Assembly: GCF_000981785.2 (NCBI RefSeq)
Contig: NZ_CP011304.1
Span: 630,001-662,000 of the forward strand
From: Microcystis aeruginosa NIES-2549
GTDB lineage: Bacteria > Cyanobacteriota > Cyanobacteriia > Cyanobacteriales > Microcystaceae
DNA: 32,000 nucleotides
Direction: 5' to 3'
A program made the position numbers and the translations under genes. Shown here piece by piece: positions 16,737-25,307 of this stretch (position 1 is its first letter; every line of letters starts with the position of its first letter). Below the pieces are notes generated by a model. The model saw nothing but the letters and a program-made list of their open reading frames with translations, was not told where the DNA came from and ran no database searches.

Positions 16737-16785
16737 CAGTTATCAGTTATCAGTTATCAGTTATCAGTTATCAGTTATCAGTTAT
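16737..16785. repeat. heptanucleotide tandem repeat (CAGTTAT)x7
   Basis: Seven perfect units starting 4 nt from the kinase start codon (16731-16733 on the minus strand). On the minus strand they read ATAACTG repeats. Confidence 0.95.
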
Positions 16786-16820
16786 TAGGTTTAAGTTTTA
16801 AGTTATTAGGTTTAAGTTTT
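16780..16820. repeat. 2 x 20-nt direct repeat AGTTATTAGGTTTAAGTTTT
   Basis: Units at 16780-16799 and 16801-16820, separated by one A and followed by TTTTCAATTTTCAA. Confidence 0.85.
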
Positions 16821-16847
16821 CAATTTTCAATAAATTTAGTATCTTTT

Positions 16848-16900
16848 ACTGGTCAGGTCACTGGTCACTGGCCACTGGTCACTGGTCACTGATCACTGTT
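16848..16900. repeat. degenerate heptanucleotide tandem repeat (ACTGGTC)n
   Basis: ACTGGTC-aggtc-ACTGGTC-ACTGGCC-ACTGGTC-ACTGGTC-ACTGATC-ACTGTT. Confidence 0.9.
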
Positions 16901-16990
16901 AATCTATCTCCAGATTGCCTAAACTAGGAGTAGTTCTGCCTCATGCAGATGGGTGAAAACCGTACATTTTCCCGTTAGGACTCAAAGATC

Positions 16991-17623
16991 ATGCGGATTT
17001 TAATTGTTGAAGACGATCCTTTAATGCAGTTAGGTTTAGAACAAGCACTCGGTGAACAGCCAGATTTTGAGATTGTCGGTCAAGCTAGTGATGGTCTAGC
17101 GGGGGTACAATTAGCCCTATCCCTACGGCCAGATTTAGTGGTCATGGACATCGGTTTACCCCGTCTCGATGGCATTGCGGCAACTAAACAGATTAAGGAG
17201 GGTTTAGCTAATGTTCATGTGGTCATGCTCACTTCCCACACTCTGCAACGGGAAGTGATCGCGGCGCTGGCTAGTGGTGCTGATGCCTATTGTATCAAGG
17301 GAGCGAGTCTCGATCGCCTTTTGGCCGCTATTGAAGCCGCTAAGGATGGGGCCACCTATTTAGACCCCCAAATTGCCCGTTTAGTCATGGATAATCTCAA
17401 ACCGCCGGCAGTGCAACCTAATCCCAATCTAGCACTTTTATCCGAGCGAGAAATGGAGGTTTTAAAGTTAATTGTTGAAGGCAAAAGTAACGCTGAAATC
17501 GCCGAACAACTTTATTTAAGCACCAATACAATTAAAACCCATGTGCGGGGAATTATGAATAAATTAGCCGTGGACGACCGAGTACAAGCGGCCGTAATTG
17601 CCCTGCGATCCGGTATTGTTTAA
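16991..17623 (+). CDS. NarL/LuxR-family response regulator
   Basis: 210 aa. REC domain (MRILIVEDDP..., phospho-acceptor context LVVMDIGLPRLDG, conserved CIKG Lys) plus C-terminal LuxR HTH (LSEREMEVLKLIVEGKSNAEIAEQLYLSTNTIKTHVRGIMNKL). Divergent from the kinase. Confidence 0.92.
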   Translation: MRILIVEDDPLMQLGLEQALGEQPDFEIVGQASDGLAGVQLALSLRPDLVVMDIGLPRLDGIAATKQIKEGLANVHVVMLTSHTLQREVIAALASGADAYCIKGASLDRLLAAIEAAKDGATYLDPQIARLVMDNLKPPAVQPNPNLALLSEREMEVLKLIVEGKSNAEIAEQLYLSTNTIKTHVRGIMNKLAVDDRVQAAVIALRSGIV

Positions 17624-17642
17624 GGAGAAAATTGCGATTTAC

Positions 17643-18383
17643 TTATCCCAGATTCGAGGCTTCTCTAATCACCTCTAAAACCTCTGAAGCATGGGAAATA
17701 GTCGGGACGTGACCGGATGCCAAAACCACTGTCTTTGCTCCCATTCTCTCGGCCAAATTAAACTGTAATTCTGGGGGGACGGCTTGATCTTGACTAGAGA
17801 CAATATACCAATTTGGCTTATTTCTCCATGCGGGTGTAGTGGTTTTTGTTGTTAGTAAAGAGGCGGATGCTGGGGTTTGGGTGGCATAAATTAAAGCAGC
17901 TTTTTCGGCGGGCAAATCATTGGCGAGAATTTTCTCTATTCCCTCTTGAGAAATCCAGATAAACCCCTCTTGTTCTTGAAAATACTGTGATGGGTTTTCG
18001 TATTCACTAAACAAATCTACCATCGATTCCCCTGCATCGGGAGCCAGCGCTGCAATATAAACTAAACCGGACACTTTTTCATCGTTGCCCGCTTCTGTGA
18101 TTACCATACCCCCCCAAGAATGACCGACTAGAATACATTGTCCTTGCATACGGTTTAAAATTCTTTTCGTAGCAGCTACGTCATCCGCTAGAGAAGTGAG
18201 AGGATTTTGCACAGCGATCGCTGCGTATCCTTCGGCTAATAACTGGGCAGTTATCTGATTATAACTAGAACCATCGGCCCAAAAACCGTGAACCAAAACA
18301 ATATTGTTAATTCTGTTCATAAGATTTCTTACAAAACTCGAATTACTGTTGGAATAGGGAAAGCCGTTTACAAAACGATGCAA
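17643..18383 (-). CDS. alpha/beta-fold hydrolase
   Basis: VLVHGFWADGS oxyanion region, nucleophile elbow VGHSWGG and C-terminal SGHVP His. The likely true start is the ATG at 18320 (MNRINNIVLVHG), not 18383. Confidence 0.8.
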   Translation of the reverse strand: MHRFVNGFPYSNSNSSFVRNLMNRINNIVLVHGFWADGSSYNQITAQLLAEGYAAIAVQNPLTSLADDVAATKRILNRMQGQCILVGHSWGGMVITEAGNDEKVSGLVYIAALAPDAGESMVDLFSEYENPSQYFQEQEGFIWISQEGIEKILANDLPAEKAALIYATQTPASASLLTTKTTTPAWRNKPNWYIVSSQDQAVPPELQFNLAERMGAKTVVLASGHVPTISHASEVLEVIREASNLG

Positions 18384-18384
18384 A
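18367..18384 (+). promoter_or_regulatory. HLR1-like direct repeat A
   Basis: TTTACAAA-AC-GATGCAAA in the divergent hydrolase/ferritin-like intergenic region. First half-site perfect, second degenerate. Confidence 0.4.
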
Positions 18385-18437
18385 CCTCAAGCCTTAGACA
18401 CTCCATCAATTCTTAGGGGTTAGAATACGGAAAGACC

Positions 18438-18455
18438 TTTACAAAACTATACAAA
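18438..18455 (+). promoter_or_regulatory. HLR1-like direct repeat B
   Basis: TTTACAAA-AC-TATACAAA ending 3 nt before the ATG at 18459. The context CCTTTACAAA..ACAAACTC is nearly the same string as at the psbA promoters. Confidence 0.45.
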
Positions 18456-18458
18456 CTC

Positions 18459-19352
18459 ATGACCGTTGCTTACCCTCGTAAATTCAAGAAGACGATGAGC
18501 GCTCGCGACATCATGAAGCGTGTCATTAGCGATCGCGAAATTCACCTTGTCACCCTCAACCGCTACCGCTACAACGAACAACGTAGCTGTAAAGACCTCA
18601 CCGAACTGATCGAAACCTTAGACGGACAACCGCAAGAACTGATACAGGATCTTTCCCACCACGTTGCTGATGAGGCCCGTCATGCCTACTGGTTAACCGA
18701 TTTATTGATCGAATTGGGGGCCGATGTGGGGAAACCGCCGGGGTTGTCCTATATCGATGAATTTGAACGTCTTCTCGATCAAGATCAATTCCAAGGCGAA
18801 GAACAAAGGGAAGATGGACTGATTGCAGCCCTAGCGGCAATTAACGTCACCGAAAAACGGGGATGCGAATACTTTGCCGCCCATATTTATGCTCTCAAAG
18901 AAGGGGAACAAACCCCGGAAAATCTCAAAATTCGGGAAACGATCGCCAAAATCTTTCCCGAAGAAGCCGGCCATGTGCGTTGGGGTAATCGTTGGTTAGC
19001 CAAAATTGCCCAAAAAAGCCCCGAACATCGGCAAAAAGTCGAAAAAGCTAAGGCCAAATACTCGGCGATCGAACAAGCCGCCTATGAATCGGGTATGGAT
19101 ATCACCCTAGGGGCAGAATTGCGCCGCGTCGGTCATTTAATGGAAATCGCCGCCACTATGCCGCTTTGGGAACGTCCTCAATATCTGATGGAACGTTTAC
19201 CCCAATCCCTTCTCGACCCGAAATTGCAATTATTCCGGGTAGAAGCGGCTCAAAAAGCCTGGAATCGTGATCCACAAATGTTTATGGAACGCTTTTTGCC
19301 GATGTTTTTTAACGCGGACGGCAATATCGGCAAAAAAGAGAAAGTCAACTAA
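18459..19352 (+). CDS. ferritin-like (di-iron carboxylate) domain protein
   Basis: 297 aa with two E...ExxH-type ligand segments (HHVADEARHAYW; EKRGCEYF...FPEEAGHVRWG). The start is uncertain: an ATG at 18495 is possible if the HLR1-like site B is part of the promoter or 5' UTR. Confidence 0.55.
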   Translation: MTVAYPRKFKKTMSARDIMKRVISDREIHLVTLNRYRYNEQRSCKDLTELIETLDGQPQELIQDLSHHVADEARHAYWLTDLLIELGADVGKPPGLSYIDEFERLLDQDQFQGEEQREDGLIAALAAINVTEKRGCEYFAAHIYALKEGEQTPENLKIRETIAKIFPEEAGHVRWGNRWLAKIAQKSPEHRQKVEKAKAKYSAIEQAAYESGMDITLGAELRRVGHLMEIAATMPLWERPQYLMERLPQSLLDPKLQLFRVEAAQKAWNRDPQMFMERFLPMFFNADGNIGKKEKVN

Positions 19353-19494
19353 TTTAACCTTGATTTTCAGGGGCAATCATTCAGCGATCGCCGAATAAAG
19401 GTTCATCGAGGATCGAGAAAATCAGCTATTGTTTTAAATAGGGGTGAGTTCTCAGCTTTAGGGCCAGAGAATCACCACTTTTTTACTGTTTATT

Positions 19495-20580
19495 TTGGCT
19501 TTTCTTTTTTGGATTATGCGTCTTTTAGCTGCCTTCGATCGCTATCCCGATAGTGTATCGTTAACCCTAGAACCAGTAGCCACCGACTCGCAAAAATTTG
19601 ATTTATATTTAACTTTACACCTACAAGCTCAAATTCAATCTCTCCTCGGCGGGGAAATTAAATGGGGACTGAAAGGAGGAAAATTAGATTTTGTTTTAGT
19701 TAATTGTCTCCTAACACCAAATCTTCTTTCTAGTCAAGAGTTATACATAAATCGTATTAATAATCATCAATGGCGGTTATCCTTCAAAAGTCCTCAGTCA
19801 ATATTTACAGGAGCGATCGAAAGGATTAACCTAGGAACCGTGAGTGTGGAGGAAGAACCTTATCATCTGACGGTGCAATTTTCGGTGACAGCTGCCGATA
19901 TCTGTATCACGGAAACATCAGGATTATGGAAACACGATATAAGTCCCAATAAACATAGTATTTTAGAGCGAAAGTTAGCATTTTTCCTGATGGACAATCA
20001 ATTTGCTGCTTTTTTGAGTCGTATTTCTTGGGGGTCATCCCAGGTAGAATTAGATACTATTCTAGTTGAACCGAAAGCGGCAGCATCAGAAAATTTAGAG
20101 AAATTGCTAGGACAAATTGAGGTAATTTATGCTGCTGTTACTGATGATTTTCTGGAATTAGCCCAATTAGCTGAACTCAATCCCCTAACGGATTTTACTG
20201 GGGCAAATCTCTTAGCAGCAGAATTAAGTGGTATATCTTTAGGCATGGCTAATCTCTATCAAGCGAATCTGCGCGGGGCAAATTTAACCGATGCTGATTT
20301 AAGCGAAATTAACGGCAGTCACGCTAGTTTTAAGGGAGCGGATTTAAGCGGAGCCTTATTAGCTAATGCCGATTTAAGTTATGCTGATTTTTACCGTTCT
20401 AGTTTGGCTTTAGCTAATTTAATCGGCTCCAATTTAGAAGGAGCTAATTTGGTTGAAGTCAATATCACTCAAGCGAATTTTAGCGGGGCAAAAGTGAAGG
20501 GGGCAAAGTTTGCCGATAACGTGGGTATGACCGAGGAATTGCGGGAAAATTTACGCTCGCGCGGGGCTTTCTGCGATTAG
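19495..20580 (+). CDS. pentapeptide-repeat protein with unknown N-terminal domain
   Basis: The C-terminal ~130 aa are A(D/N)LXX repeats (ANLRGANLTDADLSEINGSHASFKGADLSGALLANADLSYADF...). The track start is TTG; the ATG at 19516 is an alternative. Confidence 0.85.
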   Translation: MAFLFWIMRLLAAFDRYPDSVSLTLEPVATDSQKFDLYLTLHLQAQIQSLLGGEIKWGLKGGKLDFVLVNCLLTPNLLSSQELYINRINNHQWRLSFKSPQSIFTGAIERINLGTVSVEEEPYHLTVQFSVTAADICITETSGLWKHDISPNKHSILERKLAFFLMDNQFAAFLSRISWGSSQVELDTILVEPKAAASENLEKLLGQIEVIYAAVTDDFLELAQLAELNPLTDFTGANLLAAELSGISLGMANLYQANLRGANLTDADLSEINGSHASFKGADLSGALLANADLSYADFYRSSLALANLIGSNLEGANLVEVNITQANFSGAKVKGAKFADNVGMTEELRENLRSRGAFCD

Positions 20581-21012
20581 TCAACTATTAAGCTTCTATG
20601 GTAAATTGATAGGATTCCTGCCAAGTATTGCCGATCACTTCTTCGTTTTCTTCTTGATAATCCTGGTAAACTTTGCATAGTTTTTGACCTACATAGCTAT
20701 CTTGATCGCACATATTGATCAAGGAAATATTAATTACTTTCTTCTCAAATCTTGTCTCTCCTCATACATTCATTTTCTCTCATTCCCCACGCCTAATTAT
20801 TATCATTCAAAGATGGGTAAATTAGTATTTATGTCAAGTTTTTAACATTTTTTTCGCAAAAAGTTTAAATTATTTTAAGTAATTTGCCAGTTTATTACAA
20901 TCTATGTCAAAATGTGATCACTAAACTGTTCCCCAGTTCCGGCCTTCCCCAAAACCAGAGACTTCCTACTGCTGTGGCTAAAAATCGAGTTTAGTATCAA
21001 GGAAACCTAGAA

Positions 21013-21354
21013 TTGTCTATGAACACATTTACTCCCCATCAAATTGTTAGTTTATTCTGCAAAAATCGAACTTTATACGGAGAAGTAATTCAGGTGATCG
21101 AAAGTCGTTCGGCTCTTTGGGTGCGTCCTCTTTGGTTAATTATAGCCGATAATTTTGAGACAATTGATGTGCGGGAAGGTTCCGATTTAATCCTGCCGAT
21201 GGACTTATTTAACCCCGCCTTAGACACGGAAGTTTTGCCCTTATTCTCCCAAGTAATTAAAGATAATTATATCGCTAATATTTCCTATCCTCTCCAGGAC
21301 TTTGTGCAGAAAGTTTGTCAAAATTATCCCGAATATTTTCAGAAAAATATATGA
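21013..21354 (+). CDS. hypothetical protein
   Basis: 113-aa ORF (ATG at 21019). Its stop overlaps the ATG of the next gene (ATGA at 21351-21354). No motif recognised. Confidence 0.45.
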   Translation: MSMNTFTPHQIVSLFCKNRTLYGEVIQVIESRSALWVRPLWLIIADNFETIDVREGSDLILPMDLFNPALDTEVLPLFSQVIKDNYIANISYPLQDFVQKVCQNYPEYFQKNI

Positions 21355-21962
21355 TTGATGAAGGTTACGTTAAATACAATTGTACTTGGATTCCTGACCG
21401 TCCCTTAATAAGCTCAGAGATTGCAGAATTAAATTCTTGGCGCAATCGCCTCTATCAACTGGGATTAATCGGTCAATACGATAACGGAATCGGTTTTGGG
21501 AATGTGAGTCAACGAGGTAAAATAGACAAAGAAATCATTATTTCTGGCACTAACACTGGGGGAATACCGGTATTAAATGAATCCCATTACACCACAGTTA
21601 TAGACTACGATTGGAGAGAAAATTGGGTCACTTGTCGGGGAACAATCGCCGCTTCTTCGGAAACTCTCACCCATGGAGCGATTTATGAAGCGAATCCCCA
21701 GATTAATGGGGTGATTCATATTCATCATCGCCACCTGTGGCAAAATTTAATGTATCGAGTGCCGACCACTCAAGAAAATATCGCCTATGGAACCCCAGAA
21801 ATGGCCGCAGAAATTATCCGTTTATGTCAAGAAGAGCGTCTAGAGGAGCAACAAATTTTAGTGATGAGTGGTCATGAAGAAGGAATTATCGCCTTTGGGC
21901 AAGATTTAGCAAAAGCGGGCAATTTATTATTATCCTATTACCTGCAATCTCAGTCATCTTGA
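21315..21962 (+). CDS. class II aldolase/adducin-domain protein
   Basis: GNVSQRG...IIISGTNTG, AASSETLTHGAIYEA and metal-binding GVIHIHH motifs. The likely start is the ATG at 21351 (MIDEGYVKY). Confidence 0.7.
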   Translation: MSKLSRIFSEKYMIDEGYVKYNCTWIPDRPLISSEIAELNSWRNRLYQLGLIGQYDNGIGFGNVSQRGKIDKEIIISGTNTGGIPVLNESHYTTVIDYDWRENWVTCRGTIAASSETLTHGAIYEANPQINGVIHIHHRHLWQNLMYRVPTTQENIAYGTPEMAAEIIRLCQEERLEEQQILVMSGHEEGIIAFGQDLAKAGNLLLSYYLQSQSS

Positions 21963-22032
21963 AAGTGACCTCCTTTCCAACTCACCGCCGGGGGGAAAAA
22001 ATTGGTTTTGATTTAGTCGTTTTCATGTTAAC

Positions 22033-22272
22033 TTGTTCTGTAGATTTTCGTTTTTGAGGAATGCCATCGTGATCGACACCTTCCATCATCTATCCGTCTC
22101 GATCGACTTTTCCCCCCTTACCAATGTCTTGATGACTATTTCGGAGCAAGACGTGGATATCATCGAGAATTTCCAGAAATCCTTCTCAAATTTCCTCAAC
22201 AGTGGGCAAGCATGGGACCTATTAATCGGTTTGATTGTCGGTTATATGTTTCGAGGTTTTACTTCTTATTAG
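22033..22272 (+). CDS. hypothetical small protein (possibly 22132-22272 only)
   Basis: ORF with a TTG start. An internal ATG at 22132 gives a 46-aa product with a C-terminal hydrophobic helix (AWDLLIGLIVGYMF). No family recognised. Confidence 0.25.
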   Translation: MFCRFSFLRNAIVIDTFHHLSVSIDFSPLTNVLMTISEQDVDIIENFQKSFSNFLNSGQAWDLLIGLIVGYMFRGFTSY

Positions 22273-22405
22273 CTTTTCGCCTATCGGCATTCAGCCAGAG
22301 TGAGCAATTCTTGCTATTCTTATGTTTGTAGAGTTGGAGATTTTTCTAACCTGAAGCGGTAATGCTATCAGCACCAGATTATCCCTAAAAATTGCCTAGC
22401 ATATT

Positions 22406-23830
22406 TTGGTTAACTTTATCCACAATCATCTGACGAAAACAGTGACAGCAAAGAAAACTTGGAGCGATCGCTTTGAAGGTAGTCTCCATCCTACGATCGT
22501 AGAATTTAATGCCAGTATTGGCTTTGATATCGAATTAATCGAGTATGATCTCACCGGATCGATCGCTCACGCTAAAATGCTCGCCTATACGGGTATTATC
22601 AGCCCCGAAGAAGCTGATAGTCTCGTCTCTGGATTGGAACAAATTCGTCAAGAATACCGCACCGGCAACTTTAACCCCGGCATCGATCAAGAGGACGTGC
22701 ATTTTGCCGTAGAACGTCGTTTAACCGAGATCGTGGGAGATGTGGGCAAAAAACTGCACACGGCCCGTTCGCGAAACGATCAGGTAGGAACGGATATTCG
22801 TCTGTATCTTAGACAACAAATCGATGATATTAGGCAAGAAATTCGCAATTTTCAGCAAGCTTTAGTTAATCACGCTGAAAACCATCTGGAAACCCTGATC
22901 CCCGGTTATACCCACCTACAGCGCGCTCAACCGATTAGTTTAGCCCATCATCTCCTCGCTTATTTTCAAATGGCCGAACGGGATCACCAAAGATTGGGGG
23001 AAATTCGCGCTAGGACTAATATTTCGCCCCTAGGATGCGGGGCCTTAGCGGGGACGACTTTTCCGATCGATCGTCATTACAGCGCCAATTTACTCGATTT
23101 TGAGCAGGTGTATAACAATAGTCTCGATGGAGTCAGCGATCGAGATTTTGCCATTGAATTTATGACAGCCGCTAGTCTGATTATGGTCCACCTGAGCCGT
23201 TTGAGCGAAGAAATGATTCTCTGGTCTTCCCAAGAATTTAGTTTTATCACTCTCACCGATAGTTGTGCCACGGGATCTAGCATTATGCCCCAGAAAAAAA
23301 ATCCCGATGTTCCCGAATTGGTGCGCGGCAAAACAGGGCGGGTTTTTGGGCATTTACAGGCGTTATTGACCTTAATGAAAGGTTTACCCCTGGCCTATAA
23401 CAAAGACTTGCAGGAGGACAAGGAAGCCTTATTTGATGGCGTTAAAACCGTGCGGATTTGTTTGCAAGCGATGACGGTACTTTTAGCCACCGGGATTCAA
23501 TTTAAAACCGACCGATTAGCTAACGCGGTGGCGGAAGATTTTTCTAATGCGACGGATGTGGCGGATTATTTAGCCAGTAAGGGGATTCCCTTCCGAGAAG
23601 CTTATAATTTAGTCGGGAAAGTCGTTAAAAGCAGTTTGGCAGCGGGTAAGTTATTAAAAGATTTAACCCTGACTGAATGGCAAGAATTACATCCAGCTTT
23701 TGAGGCCGATATCTACGACGCGATCGCTCCTCGTCAGGTGGTAGCGGCCCGTAATAGCTATGGTGGCACAGGTTTTGAACAAGTGCGATCGGCTTTAATT
23801 CAGGCTAAAGCCATTCTCAATCATGATTGA
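22406..23830 (+). CDS. argH: argininosuccinate lyase
   Basis: [10 protein letters not shown]-terminus, TARSRNDQV, and the fumarate-lyase signature [12 protein letters not shown]. The start is uncertain (TTG at 22406 or GTG at 22442). Confidence 0.95.
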   Translation: MVNFIHNHLTKTVTAKKTWSDRFEGSLHPTIVEFNASIGFDIELIEYDLTGSIAHAKMLAYTGIISPEEADSLVSGLEQIRQEYRTGNFNPGIDQEDVHFAVERRLTEIVGDVGKKLHTARSRNDQVGTDIRLYLRQQIDDIRQEIRNFQQALVNHAENHLETLIPGYTHLQRAQPISLAHHLLAYFQMAERDHQRLGEIRARTNISPLGCGALAGTTFPIDRHYSANLLDFEQVYNNSLDGVSDRDFAIEFMTAASLIMVHLSRLSEEMILWSSQEFSFITLTDSCATGSSIMPQKKNPDVPELVRGKTGRVFGHLQALLTLMKGLPLAYNKDLQEDKEALFDGVKTVRICLQAMTVLLATGIQFKTDRLANAVAEDFSNATDVADYLASKGIPFREAYNLVGKVVKSSLAAGKLLKDLTLTEWQELHPAFEADIYDAIAPRQVVAARNSYGGTGFEQVRSALIQAKAILNHD

Positions 23831-23850
23831 TATTGTTGGGGGTTGGGGGA

Positions 23851-23878
23851 TAGGTGTTAGGCAATAGGCAATAGGCAA
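23851..23878. repeat. heptanucleotide repeat (TAGGCAA)x3 plus one degenerate unit
   Basis: TAGGTGT-TAGGCAA-TAGGCAA-TAGGCAA, 21 nt after the argH stop. Confidence 0.85.
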
Positions 23879-23930
23879 AAGTCCTAACTCCAGCAATCCC
23901 GTCCCCTTTTTTTACTTTTTAGCTTTATAT

Positions 23931-24386
23931 ATGGGTCGTGTTTGGCATTTTATTAAAAGTGTGATGGGAATTATCTTTCGTCATCCTGTAACTGGGGTGA
24001 CAATAATTCCCCGGCTTGCTGACGGTAGAATTGTTTTAATCAGACGCAGAGACACCGGCAAATGGGCCCTACCGGGGGGAATGGTCGATTGGGGGGAAGA
24101 TATTTTTAATACTGCTCAAAGGGAATTAAAAGAGGAAACAGGATTAAATTTAGTCAGTTTAGGGCGTTTAGTCGGGGTTTATTCCTCTTTTGAGCGTGAT
24201 CCGCGCATTCACTCCATTTCGGTGTTAATTGAAGTGACGGCCGCAGGGAATTTTCAGATCAAAGATACATTAGAAGTTAGCGAGGTGAGAGCTTTTAGCG
24301 TCGAAACTTTACCTCTAGGCAATCTCAGTCACGACAATGATCGCCAACTAGAAGATTATCTCAGGGGTGCCACTGTAGTGGCTTGA
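23931..24386 (+). CDS. NUDIX hydrolase
   Basis: Nudix box GGMVDWGEDIFNTAQRELKEETGL (Gx5Ex7REUxEExGU). Confidence 0.85.
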   Translation: MGRVWHFIKSVMGIIFRHPVTGVTIIPRLADGRIVLIRRRDTGKWALPGGMVDWGEDIFNTAQRELKEETGLNLVSLGRLVGVYSSFERDPRIHSISVLIEVTAAGNFQIKDTLEVSEVRAFSVETLPLGNLSHDNDRQLEDYLRGATVVA

Positions 24387-24426
24387 TTTTGTCCTATTTG
24401 TCAACAGTTCCCTTAAACGTGACCCC

Positions 24427-24609
24427 ATGCTAGAAATTGTAGCTGGGATTTTGCTGAACAGGTGGTTATTTGGGCCGATGATCGCCGTAATGGTGATTTT
24501 GATCAACGCCGGACCAGGACTTGATCGAGAGAAATTAGCAGCCCAGGGAACCGTCGCCCTAGGTTTGGGGTTGCTGCGGGCGGCTTATTTTAACCTGAGT
24601 TCGGGATAA
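24427..24609 (+). CDS. doubtful small hydrophobic ORF
   Basis: 60-aa ORF whose last 7 codons are supplied by a solo MITE terminal repeat (24590-24609). Confidence 0.2.
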   Translation: MLEIVAGILLNRWLFGPMIAVMVILINAGPGLDREKLAAQGTVALGLGLLRAAYFNLSSG

Positions 24610-24616
24610 CGCTATC

Positions 24617-24723
24617 TTAACCTCAGTTCGGGTTAAGGCTATTTTCTTACTCATTCCACAAAAGAATAGGGTTTACAGCGAACGAGAAAATTAGGGTTTT
24701 AGCTTATCCCGAACTCAGGTTAA
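24617..24723. mobile_element. MITE-like element, copy A (~107 bp)
   Basis: Terminal inverted repeats TTAACCTCAGTTCGGGTTAAGGCT (24617-24640) and AGCTTATCCCGAACTCAGGTTAA (24701-23). A third, solo copy of the terminus (TTAACCTGAGTTCGGGATAA) lies at 24590-24609. No coding capacity. Confidence 0.55.
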
Positions 24724-24777
24724 CTACTTATAAACCCCAGAGGCGGTAAACAGTAAACAGTGACCAATCACTAACCA

Positions 24778-24797
24778 CTGATAACTGATAACTGATA
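24778..24797. repeat. (CTGATAA) heptamer array, ~2.9 units
   Basis: CTGATAA-CTGATAA-CTGATA. Same heptamer (reverse complement, phase-shifted) as at 16737-16785. Confidence 0.9.
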
Positions 24798-24978
24798 TGA
24801 AGATATAGATAACATTATTAATGGAATTTGCCACCTAGCCAACCATCATGAAATATTTTATAAGTGGCGACCATTAGCCAAAGATAAAGATGATAATTTT
24901 TTGATAGATTTAGCCCTTAAATGTCAAGCAATATTTATAATTAGTTACAATCAAAGAGACCTAAAACCAAAAGCATAA
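24796..24978 (+). pseudogene. PIN-domain toxin relic (C-terminal ~55 codons only)
   Basis: Open frame without a start codon: YEDIDNIINGICHLANHHEIFYKWRPLAKDKDDNFLIDLALKCQAIFIISYNQRDLKPKA*. The W-R-P...D.DDN.L.DLA....A..I.S.N..D pattern is the C-terminus of the same PIN family as 13728-14165. The 5' part is replaced by the repeat block. Confidence 0.6.
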
Positions 24979-25016
24979 AAGCAATAAGGGGGGAACTGAC
25001 AATTTTTAACACCTAA

Positions 25017-25123
25017 CTAACCTCAGTTCCAGTTAAGGCTATTTTCTTACTCATTCCACAAAAGAATAGGGTTTACAGCGAACGAGAAAATTAGGGTTTT
25101 AGCTTATCCCGAACTCAGGTTAA
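25017..25123. mobile_element. MITE-like element, copy B
   Basis: Near-identical to copy A, offset by exactly 400 nt. The left terminus has GG to CA (TAACCTCAGTTCCAGTTAAGGCT); the right terminus is at 25101-25123. Confidence 0.55.
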
Positions 25124-25177
25124 CTACTTATAAACCCCAGAGGCGGTAAACAGTAAACAGTGACCAATCACTAACCA

Positions 25178-25211
25178 CTGATAACTGATAACTGATAACT
25201 GATAACTGATA
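25178..25211. repeat. (CTGATAA) heptamer array, ~4.9 units
   Basis: Four full units plus CTGATA. The flanks are identical to the 24778 array, which has two fewer units. Confidence 0.9.
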
Positions 25212-25307
25212 TAGCGTTTCTCATCAAGATGAAGTATAAGCTAGTCTGATCCTGTCTCCTGACTCCCCAAAACGAAGACTTCGTACCTCACTATTAAGAT
25301 ATAGGGA

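Noticed and set aside
16737-16900. Possibility that the regularly repeated sequences are a CRISPR array
   Set aside because: The period is 7 nt (or 20-21 nt with only 2 units), with no unique spacers of 25-40 nt. These are short tandem repeats, not CRISPR.
20588-20713. 41-aa minus-strand small ORF (MCDQDSYVGQKLCKVYQDYQEENEEVIGNTWQESYQFTIEA) downstream of the pentapeptide-repeat gene, considered as a possible peptide precursor
   Set aside because: It has no convincing Shine-Dalgarno, no adjacent maturation enzymes and no recognisable leader/core motif. It cannot be supported from sequence alone, and checking it would need conservation analysis or ribosome profiling.
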